Below, piece after piece: positions 28,001-40,700 of a DNA stretch of 64,000 nucleotides (the stretch's first letter is position 1; each line of letters opens with the position of its first letter). The position numbers and the translations under genes are program-made. The notes beneath the pieces were generated by a model. That model saw only the letters and a list, made by a program, of their open reading frames with translations. It ran no database searches and was not told where the DNA came from. Origin of the DNA: Ranitomeya imitator (lineage: Eukaryota); contig NC_091288.1 in assembly GCF_032444005.1 (NCBI RefSeq), positions 204,290,001 to 204,354,000 on the forward strand, read 5' to 3'.

Positions 28001-31000
28001 GCCTCCTCCTCAGCCACGGCGCCATCTTGAATTTTCGCGCCGGCTGCTGGCGCCACCTGCTTGCGGCGCGGCATCTCCGCTTCTCACCGCTCGTTAACAG
28101 CGGTGCTTTCTCCCCCTCGCCGGGTACTTGCGGGACCTCTCTGGCCGGTTTTTGGCGTTCGGCGGCGCCTTCAAAGGCCACTTTTCAGAGCGGTGCGGGG
28201 AGAGAGATCAGCCGCACGTCCGCTCACATTCCTCGCTAGGCCACACCCCCCGCCAGTTTTGTCATTTAGATTATTTTTTTTCTTTACGGAGTATATAATA
28301 CTGGATGAATAATTTTTATACATCACGTTTTTAGGAACGTGGCCTTACCAAGTATTTTTATTTCATTTTTGTATTATTATTATTTTTTTTTATTTGGAAC
28401 ATAGGCTGTTAATTTTAGCTTTTTAATTTTTTTTTTAATTATAATTATGTATTTGAACTTTTTATATTTATTATTTATTTTAACTTTTCTTTATTTTTTT
28501 TAATNNNNNNNNNNNNNNNNNNNNNNNNNNNNNNNNNNNNNNNNNNNNNNNNNNNNNNNNNNNNNNNNNNNNNNNNNNNNNNNNNNNNNNNNNNNNNNNN
28601 NNNNNNNNNNNNNNNNNNNNNNNNNNNNNNNNNNNNNNNNNNNNNNNNNNNNNNNNNNNNNNNNNNNNNNNNNNNNNNNNNNNNNNNNNNNNNNNNNNNN
28701 NNNNNNNNNNNNNNNNNNNNNNNNNNNNNNNNNNNNNNNNNNNNNNNNNNNNNNNNNNNNNNNNNNNNNNNNNNNNNNNNNNNNNNNNNNNNNNNNNNNN
28801 NTCCTGATATATGTCCTGTACTAACACCACTCTTCGATCCGTCCACCTTTAGGTTCTTCCTGCGCCAGCGATCGGACAGTCAGACCATGGCGGTGCGGTG
28901 GCATCAGACATTGTGGCGTCACGAAACCTTCCAGATTTGTCAAGTCCATCATTAGAGCGCGAAACTTCACCCCAAGAAGACCCGACACGTGCGGCTCCTT
29001 CCCAGACGCTGCCAGGAAGTGTTATCTCACCGGAGCCGGGTCATCCTGAAAGAATAGCCGTAGACCGACTTGTAAAGTCAAGAAGCGGTCCAAAAGAGTA
29101 CGACTCCCATCTGTTCCCATCGCCCGACGTCCAGGTGTGAGACGCTCCTCAAACTTGGCTAATACCTGAGTCAAAAAAAAAACGTAAAAAAAAACTTTAG
29201 TATGGAGCTGAGTCCAGACCATACGAGGAAGATGCCGGCTGTGTTATACAGTCAGCGCCGGCTTGTAACAGCAGCGATCCGAGCTAACAACAAGCAGGCG
29301 GGAAGGAGCACTGAGCTGTTTGGCCACACTAAGGGTGCACCGAGCGCCTGTGCTTGGTTTGAACAGTCATTTTCGGCTGACAGATTTGATAAGTCATTAG
29401 TATATGGCCTGGGGGGGGTGGAGCACAGACCCTGGGGGGCATTTGTTCCATGGAAAGTTCCTTTAAATGAGATCCATACGCCACGAAATCTATAAAGATG
29501 TATATATATCAATAATATATAAATATGTGTCTCTAAAATGTCTTCATTTCCATTTCAGCCGATCGATCAGGGGGATTTGGAGACGTTCCTTCTGCAGCTG
29601 GAGGCCGAGGTTAAACTATCGCAGTCTTCTAAGGATGCGGGTGAGCGCCGTATACGTGGGGTCTGGCACCAGATCCTGCGCCGTCCTGGCACAGTGAGAT
29701 TTGTAACTTTCTCCATACGTTCATACACGGCCTCTTTTCAGAAGAAGCGGCGCCCCCATCCGTACCATTGATGGCGACCAGTGCGAAGAATCGGCAAGAG
29801 CGGATCATAGAGCAGCTGGTAGAATTAAGTGCCCGGCAATCACAGGGTCACGTATACAATGAAGGAGTCAAGCCCCGGGGTAACAGGTATCCAGATCGGG
29901 GGTTTTGGGAGGGCAATAAGTTTAGCATCATTGTCCTGGATGTATGGCCCGTTCTGTCCACTAGGGGTCAGGCCATCTATACATCTGCTATTGCCCCATG
30001 TCCATCTCCCTCCATATGTAACTGATTGCAGCATATGACGGTGTCTTCAGCAGCGCAAATGTGACCGAGAAAAATGTCCACGTGGGGCGTAAAGAGAATA
30101 ACCCCACAGTCTTCATAGACCTGAGAGCCGCGTCATCCAGTCCAAGCCTGACAACCGGTATGGGGGAAAAACTAGCACCGAAGAACCAGGGGAGAGCAGA
30201 TGTGCCACGGTACGTGGAAGACGCAGCATTTACTGATTGCAGACAATGCGGAAAATGGCGAATATCGGCCCCCGCGTCCGAAAAACGGATACAGAGACGT
30301 CATGGCCAAATATGTGTCCACACGTCGCCATCTAATGGACATCGCTGCCACTGCAGCTTTATGCTACCTTTTATATCGTTTTCTTTTATTACAGCCGCAG
30401 CTAATTCTCATTTTTGCTATTTTCTTTTTTTTCTTTCTGCCAAATACAATGTCATCTTTTTTTTTTTCCAATTTTGTTTTTTTACGGCGTGCAATGTACA
30501 GTCAAAATTACACAACAGCATAAGTCTTCAAGACAGTACGATTGCAGCGATGAGAAGCTTGTGTGTCTTTTTTTTAATTTAAGTTGTGAAAAAAAAATTT
30601 AAAAAAAAAATTGTTTTGTGTCACCATTTTCAGAGATGCGTAACTTTTTTTTTTTTTTTTCATTTTTTCTGTCAGTGGAGCTGACGCAGCGTTAGTTTGT
30701 TTGTATAGTGAGCTGTTGTTTTTATTGGTACAGTTTTGGGGTACATAAAACATTTTGATCGCTCGTTATTGCCTTTTGGGGGGGTGGGTTAGGTGTAGGG
30801 CTTGGGCACGGCAGCGGGAAAGCTGCAGTCCTGGCATTGCCTTTTTTTTTCTCACACTTTTTCTCACACTATATATAGTGTGTGTGTATGTATGTATATA
30901 TATATATATATATTTATTTATTTTTTTTCAAAGCACCCCCTTTATCCAATTCATAAATTAAAAAAATTAACATATTTAGTATACGTCTGATCAATCACAA

Positions 31001-33343
31001 AAAAATAAGTAAAAAAAAAAATATATATATATATTATTTTTGTGATTGATCAGACGTATACTAAATATGTTAATTTTTTAAATTTATGAATTGGATAAAG
31101 GGGGTGCTTTGAATTTTTATATATATTTTTTTGTTTTATTTTTATTGTTTTATTTTTATTTTTTATACTGTTTAACCTGTTATGATTTGATCTTTTGTAC
31201 TATATCCCCAAAGATTGCAGAATACAGTAAAAATCACAGCCCCCTGTGAAGTCCAGCCTGGGCTTCACAGGAAGACTTAGATGGTGACAATAGACCCCCA
31301 ACAACCCATTGGCACCCCTTCGATCGCGTCACTGGGAAAGTGGGGCTGGGGGAGGGATGGACATCTCCGCAGAATCACTGCAGCAATGATGGCATTTCAG
31401 TGGTAAAACAGCTTTGGTCGCTGCTGATGGTGGCAGGTGCTGGCTGTATAACACAGCTGGCACCCGCCATGTGTGGAGCAGGATCAGCTTCTCAGCCTGC
31501 ACCATACACGTGCACAAGCTCCGTGATTATTTGGCATTATTTTAAGCTTTTAGTCTGATACCGAGAAATTCCCTTCTATCTGTTCCTCCTTTTCTTGCTA
31601 ACATAGATTCGGTATGTTAAGAAGGAGATGAGAGCAGATAAAATGAACACATTACTCAAGATCAGACTACACTGGGTTTGTTTGTAGTCTGTTACCATGG
31701 TGACACATAGGTCGGTATTAGAGCTGTTGACACAAAACCATTGTTTGTTTATTTATTTTGGCAGTAATTATATTGGTTGCACAGATGGATGTTGCCTTTT
31801 AGTGCCTGTTTATAGCCTTAATAAAGTCAGAACAGTAATAACATCAGGATACGTGGTATAAAAGAACTATACCAGGCAAACATGACATGAAGAAGGGTTC
31901 GGGATTAATAACACATATTCATTGCGACCATTGCACCTTTATCCCGCAGGTCGGTCCACACCGGGAAAAGTGCGTTGCTGCACCAGCTGCGCTGGAGCAA
32001 GATGGGACCTGGTTCGCCACCTCCGGACCGTAGTGCTCAGCCGCCTGTCGCCGGCAGCCCGGAGCTGCCCAAAAAGATCAGATCCCATCCGCTGCACAGA
32101 CCGAACGTCAAGGCGGATATCCGAGCAGGCGGCCTCCTGAACAAAGAAGACATGCCAGAGATGGACAGAAGGTTCCAAGATGGAGACACAACAGAAGAAC
32201 GTCCAAGGAAGGAGACCGAGGAACCCCGAAAAACTCAGGAAAGCCGCAGGTAAGGAGAAGCTTTGGATGAGCCCCTAGGACTTTTCACAGCAACATGCAT
32301 TTAAAAAGTTTGGGGTCTTTTTGTTTTCTTCTCCCAGCAGCACAGAGGAGCTGTCACAGGTAGAAAAGCAACTCAGAGAAAAGAAAAGCAGACAGAACAT
32401 GCAGATCCAGATAGAGGGGATGAAACCTCTAAGCTCTGTGAGCAGTCGGCAGCCCACGGCGGAGCAAACACCGGCGCTGTTCCATCTGGTAAGACGTCTG
32501 ATCGGCGATAAGATGGCGCGGGAGGGGGCCTGTATGTGATAACCAAATGGCTTCCTCCTATGAAGCTCAGCCACTGGTGTCGTAGGAGGCGATGGTCATC
32601 GGAACTGATGGCCGCCGTCTTGTATATGCCGCTGTTGCCTTTGGCAGTGGCATTTAAGAGGTTAAACTGCTGAGATCGGCACCCAGGCTTTATGGAGCGG
32701 GCTCAACTCCTGAGTCCGCTCCATACAAGCAGGGTGCACAATGGCTTAAATGGATTTAAATCGGTGAAAGTCTGACCATTTTGACACCAAAATTAAGGGG
32801 CTGCAGCGCTGCATTTCCGTGACTGTTTTTCTTGCACAGCTGCGCTCCCTACCAGCCAGCTGGGAAGTGAATGGAGATGATGTTGTTCGTTGCATAACCA
32901 GTAAGAGAAAACAGTGATGGAAACCGACGCTGCTGCTGCGTGCTGCTTTCGCTTTATTCATGGCGATCCCTGAGGTTGGACCCAAGACGATCATAAAGTG
33001 AATTAGAATACCCCTTATAGGGATCCCCGCTCTTTGGTGGCCATTAGCGTACACACAGGCGATGTCTCTGGTCCAGCATGACAAAGTTTGTTAAGTTCAT
33101 AAACTCTGGAGAGCTCCAGGCACAACAAAAACAGCATTTTATAGCATAAAGGTACACCAGCTGGCACATCAGTATGGGCACACCCGCTCAGATACAGGTC
33201 TAACTCCCGCAGGACCTTCAGCGACTAAACAACCTTAGTCCTTCCCTCCTCCCACACAAAGCCTGGATTGGAGCTATGGGAGCGATCATTCCCACCCAAG
33301 ATCTTCTGGTCACTCCTAAAACCTGGACCCAAAATCCTGTCCC

Positions 33344-33378
<35 letters not shown>

Positions 33379-34647
33379 CCCAGCCATCTTTTATTGCTGG
33401 AACTTTAATCTCCAGGATGTACATCACCGAGACTAGCCACGTCGGTGACACAACTCTCCCACCCAGGACTTTACCACCTGCTTCTTTACACCCTTTACTA
33501 GTTGTGTGTGTTGCTGCAGCCCCTTATTAGAATATTCTGTGTCCTGATGGCAGGTTTTATATAAATGTCCTAATATATGAGGTGGTTCACAGTAAGGAGG
33601 ATGCGTATAGAAGGAGCTCTGCTATGTCTCCACAGGAAGCCTCCTACAGCCCGGAGATTGACACGTTGCCACCAAGGAGCGGAGTGGAGACGTTACTACT
33701 CACCATCTGGCTGTCCAGCTGCGGGCAGCTTCTCATGCCAGGGCAGCACATCAGCCGCTCCGCCGCACTACCAATGGCCAACGCTTACAACGCTCTGCTC
33801 GTCTGGCTTCTCTCCCTGGTAAGAAAGATAAGTGCCCCCTCCTGCTCCAGGCCAATATCCAGCATCATCTAGTCATGGTGTCCTCTCTCACTGTAGGTTG
33901 CCCCTTTAAACCCCCAGTACAAGGGCGATGCCCCCTTCCAGGTGCTGGGACTTCAACAGATGTGGCGGGAGGAAGGATTGGCGCTGTATGTCTGTGTCTC
34001 GCCACGAGACGTTCCGGCCCACAAGAGTATCAGGATGCTAAAGTACAAGGTAGGAGGACTGTGGTTAGATGTGTGATTATTGGGGGGGCAAGGTCACAAT
34101 CGGTTTTCACTTTTTTTCCCTGTCAGTTCCCATGAAATGTTGATTCTTGCTCTTTTGTGCGGTGCCGTTCCTCTATTATTCCTCCTGGAAGTTCTTGTAT
34201 AAATCGACTACTGGCCGTTGCAATACTTGCTGCTGTCATATCATTTCTGCAATATTATGTCATAATGTACTTGTATTACCCATAAAATTACAGTTCAGGA
34301 ACTTTGTGCTGTTCCGTCCCTCTGTTATTCCCCCTGAAAATGGCAATTCAAATTGACAACGGGGCGTTCCCAGGAGGATTCTGTGACGTGGGATTTATGG
34401 TTTTGCCTCGCAGACACAGACACAGGGCTTATGTGGGACGTCAAGGTTCTACCAGCATGTGTCCACGTTCCTGTCGCACCACACCCTGCAGAGCGTCAGC
34501 AGCTGGAAGGAGGGCGTCATACAGCAGCTGCAGGGGCGGCTGTTCCCGTTACACCTGGAGGTCCCCGCCATGAGGCTAAGCAGCATAGTAATGCTAAACC
34601 CCGACCCACAGGTAACAAAGACCACCCTCAGATGGCTATGTATGTGA

Positions 34648-34703
<56 letters not shown>

Positions 34704-37700
34704 CTTTTTACATTTGTATTGGTCCCCCTAGGGCACCTGGGTCTGTGAACACTTAAATCACTTCTACAATACACTGCAATTCCGTAAAATTAGCAATATA
34801 TGTACAGGCATGGCAGACATGTTGGGCCTCATTAGGCCCCCGGCTACCATGACAATGCCATTGGCACCCTACAATCATGTTGTTGAGGGCGGGGAAGTGA
34901 ATGGACATCTTTCCTCATTTCCATCCTCTTAACTGTCATGATTGGCAGCAGCATCTGAGAGGTTAAACTGCTGCTTTTGCTCCTTGCACATAAATGACTC
35001 TGGCTATATAAAAAAATATTTAGAATTGAGAGTCCTCAGTGGTTGATACCTTTTTAATGGCTGATTGTTTTATTGTCCTGTGGTTAGGGTCTCTGTTGTG
35101 ATGACCCCACATGGTCTGAGGGGCAAGTTCCTTAGTTGATGTAAAAAGACATAAATCCATGCGACACAGTCATTCCTGCACTAAGAGTGTCAAAGGTCAT
35201 CATCAGTTTATATTCCCATGTTCTTCTGTCTCTTTGAGATTTGAAGCTACCTTTTAATACAAGTAATTTCATGTCCATAATGTAATGATCCGGGAGACAG
35301 AAATGTATTGCCACAGGTAGATCCATTCTTTTTTCTTTTATTGTGTGGCGATGAGAGTTCATCCTTGTTCTCAGTTTCTGCCCTGTCTCCCCCACATACA
35401 GACCCCCAGTTGGACATTTAATACAAATAATTAGGTACACCACATTAGAAGTGGCGCAGCTGAAAGTTCCTGGTATCTTGTAGTCCTGATGTGAATTGGG
35501 GATCTTTATCTTGTCTGTGGTCTTTATAAATGGACAGGTTTTACATTTTTCTGATTGCAAGGAAAGGTTCCTGCAGCTGTTGCAGAGGACAGAGAGCTTC
35601 TGACAATGATGCTTCTTAGATTTGGGGGCTGCCTAAAACACAGTAGTGGGGGGGTCTGGAAAAATGGATTGTAAGCGGTCATCTTTTTGTAGTAAAGGTT
35701 GTAATTTCCGTGCAGCTCCCCTTAGCACCTCCAGATTTGGATTGTAGGTGGCTACTAGAGGCACCCGGTTATTTTCTTCTTTAGCTGTGTAATGTAGCAG
35801 GTGATTCCTTGATATTCTGGTGGCTCTTGTAATCTGGTTTTCAATTGTTCTTGGATGGTCGCCCTGATTCAAGAAGGTCTTTCTGAGGCGACCAAGGTGT
35901 TCATCCCTATCTATTGGGTTGGAACATATCCGATTGTATCTGATGGCTTGGCTGTAGACAATGGAGTTTTTTATGTGTTTTGGATGGAAACTGTCCTATT
36001 TAAGTTATGTTGGACGGTCGATTGGCTTCTGATACAGGGATGTCTCTATTTTATTGTTCTGCAGCTTAATGATGGTGTCCAAAAAGTTAATTTCAGTGCA
36101 GGAGTAGTTGAGTGTCAAGTTGATGGTTGGATGAAATTGATTAAACTGTTCATGGAACGTCTTTAGCTGTGGCTCAAACTCCGTCCAGATGATTAAAACA
36201 TCATCAATGTAGCGGTAGTACACCAGAGGCCGATGGGACATGAGGACAAAAAGTCGCTTTCAAGCTTGGCCATGAAAAGATTTGCATACTGTGGGGCCAT
36301 TTTACTTCCCATTGCTGTGCCAGTCTCCTGTAGATAAATCTTGTTGTCAAATTCAAAGTACCGTATTTCCCGGCGAATAAGATGACGTTTTAACCCCTAA
36401 AAATTGTCCCAAAAGTCGGGGGTCGTCTTATATGCCGGGTACGGCATGTGCAGGGAGCGATCCTGGATGTTCCCAGGGTCTGGAGGAGAGGAGACTCTCC
36501 TTCAGGCCCTGGGATCCATATTCATGTAAAAAATAAAGAATAAAAATAAAAAATATGGCTGTACTCACCCCTCCGACGAACCCTGGCTGTCGCCGCTGCA
36601 AGCATCTGCCTCCGTTCCTAAGAATGCAGTGAGTGAAGGACCTTCGATGACGTCGCGGTCAGGTGAGCGGTCAGGTGACCGCGACGTCATCGAAGGTCCT
36701 TCACTCACTGCATTCTTAGGAACGGAGGCAGATGCTTGCAGCGGTGACAGCCAGGGTTCGTCGGAGGGGTGAGTATAGCCATATTTTTTATTTTTATTCT
36801 TTATTTTTTACATGAATATGGATCCCAGGGCCTGAAGGAGAGTCTCCTCTCCTCCAGACCCTGGGAACCACACGCCTTATAAGATGACTGGGTGTATAAG
36901 ATGACCCCCGTCTTATACGGCGGTTATATCCCAAATTCCATATTTTATATGGAAAAGTTGGGGGTCGTCTTATACGCCCAGTCGTCTTATACACCAGAAA
37001 ATACGGTAATTGTGGGTGAGGATGAATTTTATAAGTTTCAGCACAGAATCGGCATCAGTCCCTGTGTTTTCCAGGAAGAATTTGCAGGCATTTAATCCAT
37101 CCTGGCGTGGGATATTGGAGTACAAAGATTCCACATCCATGGTGGCCAGGATGGTTCCTTCTGGTAGAGGACCTATTGCTGATAGTTTATTCAATAGGTC
37201 AGTTGTGTCCTGAATGAAGCTGGGTGTATCCTTTACCAGGGGTTTAAGAATACCCTCTACCCATCCAGATACCTGCTCAGTAAGGCCATGTTCACACAGT
37301 GCGTTTTTTACTGCGGAACCGCAGCATTTTTGCCGCTGCGGTTCCGCAGCTGTTTTCCATGCAGGGTACAGTACAATGTACCCTATGGAAAACAGGAACC
37401 GCTGTGCACATGATCCTGAATTTCAAAAAAAAAAGCCGCGCTGAATAGCTGCGGGAAAAAAGAAGGAGCATGTCACTTCTTTTTTCGGAGCCGCAGCGGT
37501 TCTGCACCCATAGACCTCCATTGTGAGGTCAAACCCGCAGTAAAACCCGCAGATCAAAAATATATCTGCGGGTTTTATTGCGGTTTGTGGTGCCGAACCG
37601 CTGCAGCAGGAAGTGCGGGGAAGCGGGCGGAAGTGCGTGGGCGGAGTGTGGCTGCCCCGATCCCTCCCCCCCATGCTCCGATGCCCCTCCCCCGTGCTCC

Positions 37701-40700
37701 GATGCCCCCCCCGTGCTCCGATGCCCCCCCCGTGCCCTAATCTCCCCCCCTTATACTTACCGGGCCTCCCGGTGTCCGTCCGGCCGTCTTCTCCCTGGGC
37801 GCCGCCATCTTGCAAAATGGCGGGCGCATGCGCAGTGCGCCCGCCGAATCTGCCGGCAGGCAGATTCGTTCCAAAGTGCATTTTGATCACTGAGATAGGT
37901 TATATCTCAGTGATCAAAATAAAAAAATAGTAAATGACCCCCCCCCCCCCTTTGTCACCCCCATAGGTAGGGACAATAAAAAAATTAAGAATTTTTTTTT
38001 TTTTTTCCCACTAAGGTGAGAATAGGGGTAGGGTTAGGGTTAGGGTATTTTCAGCCATTTTAACCCTAAAAAACTTCCTAGAAAACACACAGACTCTGCA
38101 TAGAAAACTGCATAAAAAAAAGGATAAAAAAACGCACCAAAAAAGCACAAAAAAAAGGACCAAAAAAAGGACCTGCGTTTTCTGCCAAGAGCTGCGTTTT
38201 CAGTCCTGAAAAAAAAAGGATGGAAATCAGGAACGTGTGAACATACCCTAAGGTGCCCACACATTGGTCTTCCTGGATTTCCATATTTGTGGATTTGGGA
38301 GCATGTATAATGTCCTTGTTCTTGGACTTCCTGGTATCAGGTCATCGGCTCTTATGGATTCGTCGGGCAGAAAAGATACCAACTTGTTTAGTTCCTTGTA
38401 ATTGTCTTGTGTAGAATCCGACTCCAATTTTTTGTAGTAGCGTGTGTCCATAAGTTGTCTGTATAACACAGCTCCTTATCCCGCTCCATACTTGCATATG
38501 TCCGCCGTACACAAGCAGCGCGGTTTGAGAATTTCATTACAGCCCCCCTAACACCATGGGACCCCGGCTCTTGCCCACTGATAGCCCTGCGAATAGACCT
38601 AGAGATAAATGATATAATTCTGACTGCCACTAGGGGGAGCCGTGGTTTTATTATTGAGTATGTGAGCTCCCCCTAGTGGTGGCCGGCTGGTTGTGCAGAT
38701 TCTGTAATGAGAATCGTCTCCTGAAATGCCAGAATATTATTAGTTTTTCCTGTTTTGCCATGTTCCAATGATATATGACCGGGACGCTGGTTTTCTGTTC
38801 TCATTGTCGCCCCTTGTCAGGCTGTGGAGAAGGTTTTCTGTTCCCCCTGCGGATTCTTCTGGCAGACGATGGACACTGAGGAGAAGCTGAGTCCTCTGGC
38901 CCCGGATTTCTTCGAGGATGGTGAAATGGAGGTGGGAATTTGTCTTCCAAGCACTTATGTAAATCCCAGACCTGCTGTTCTGGACCTCGGAGAAGTCGCT
39001 GACAACTCGCCTTTTCCTGGCTCCTATTACTGGTTGTCACTCAGCCGATTGTCGCATTGAGTCTTCCTGGACTCACTTGGGTCTCTCCTCTTTCGTTAGG
39101 TGGTTACAGTCAAAATGTATGACACCCTCCTGCAAGATTCTCTGGCTTTCCACCATGCTTTACACCTCATCCTCACCGCAGGGCTGGACGTATGTGGAAT
39201 AAGACTGCTGTACCCACAATGCTCTGCTCTGTGTCCCAAAATATGTAAGTATGAGTCTATATATATACCTGTCATACATAGACCCTCCTAATATTGTGGG
39301 GGTCTTGTGCTCCAGCTCTGACCCTTCGTGGCCGGATCACTGGATCCCGTGGTCCCGAGCGTGGCTCGCTGACGCCTCAATGGATCAGACTTGTGTTTCC
39401 GGATCAGTCAGATTCCGATCTGGAGAATTTGGAAAGAAGTCCATTATCCTACTGTGAGGGGCACTGCTGTTAGGGAACCCCACTGCCATGACGGGGTGCT
39501 TGGTCTATACAATGTTAGGCGGGTGTCACATGATGGCAGGACACAAGGGTCCCAGCAGGACATTGCCCATCACTCGGCCTCCGCCATCTTGTCTTCTTCC
39601 CATAGTGCATCCTGGTCCCATCTCTTTACAGGTAAGACCTCTTTCACACTTCAGTTGTTTGGCGTCAGTCTAAAACCGCCATTTTCCTCAAATAATGGAT
39701 CTGTCAATTTTTTTTGACGGATCCGTTATTTTCCCATAGACTTGCATTAGCGACGGATTGTGACGGATGGTCGTCCGTTCCATCCGCCTTGCGACGGATC
39801 CGTCGAAATTTGACGGACGTTTTCTGAAAATAGACGGACATTGAAACGTTTTTTGTCAATGCCGAAATGGCGGATCGCGACGGATCCGTCGCGTCCGCCA
39901 TTCCATAGAATGGCCGCCTATGGGCGACGGATCCGCCGCAACCGTTTTTTCGACGGATCCGTCACCCCAATCCGTTTTTTCAATTGCGCATGCTCCAAAA
40001 AGTAGATACTTTTCCCAGACAACCCCCAAGTAACGGATCCGTCAAAAAAACGGATCCGTTAGAACCGTTTTCTCAAAAATTGTGACGGATCCGTCAATCC
40101 GTCACTATGTCGGTAGTGACTGACGCCAAACAACTGAAGTGTGAAAGAGGCCTTAGTGACGCACACGCATCAACGGTCCATATGATGGAAATAGGGATTC
40201 ATCAGACCCAGCGCCTTCTATCATTACTGCTGGTCCAGGTCTGATGCTCGTGTGCCCAGTGTAGTTGGTGGACAGGGGTCATCATGGGCGCATTTAAGGC
40301 TCCATTTACAGCAAGCTGCGATGCTCTGCACCTCTCTATAACATCCCGCAGTAACAGTGTTATCAGTTTCTGCATGTGAAGATCTCCTGTGTATTTAGAC
40401 CAGACAGACTAAAGGTACCGTCACACATAGCGACGCTGCAGCGATACCGACAACGATCCGGATCGCTGCAGCGTCGCTGTTTGGTCGCTGGAGAGCTGTC
40501 ACACAGACCGCTCTCCAGCGACCAACGATGCCGGTAACCAGGGTAAACATCGGGTTACTAAGCGCAGGGCCGCGCTTAGTAACCCGATGTTTACCCTGGT
40601 TACCATCGTTAAAGTAAAAAAAAACAACCACTACATACTTACCTACCGCTGTCTGTCCCCGGCGCTGGGCTTCTCTGCCCTGTGTAAGCACAGCGGCTGG

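Larger units (their letters stand above)
22559..28251 (-). mobile_element. Full-length L1 (LINE-1 clade) retrotransposon, about 5.7 kb, antisense in DNAAF8 intron
   Basis: 16-bp TSD GCCAGTTTTGTCATTT at 22543-22558 and 28252-28267. Oligo-T (poly-A tail) at the left end. G-rich 5' start GGGGGGTGTGGCC on the minus strand. Contains ORF1 and ORF2. Confidence 0.95.
35035..38510 (-). mobile_element. Decayed Penelope-like retroelement (RT plus GIY-YIG endonuclease), interrupted by two MITEs
   Basis: Fragments [62 protein letters not shown] and [35 protein letters not shown] (35132-35560). Frameshifted. Confidence 0.85.

Noticed and set aside
28475-28846. ORFs containing X runs (also 42451-42771 and 44192-44576)
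   Set aside because: They span assembly gaps.
31607-31675. Candidate exon after a polypyrimidine AG at 31606
   Set aside because: It gives a stop in the phase required by the 30157 donor and has no homologous motif.
39391-39631. Candidate extra DNAAF8 exon ending at CAG|GTAAGA 39631
   Set aside because: No clear acceptor or recognisable peptide. The donor overlaps a MITE flank, and 39244 joins 44427 in phase without it.
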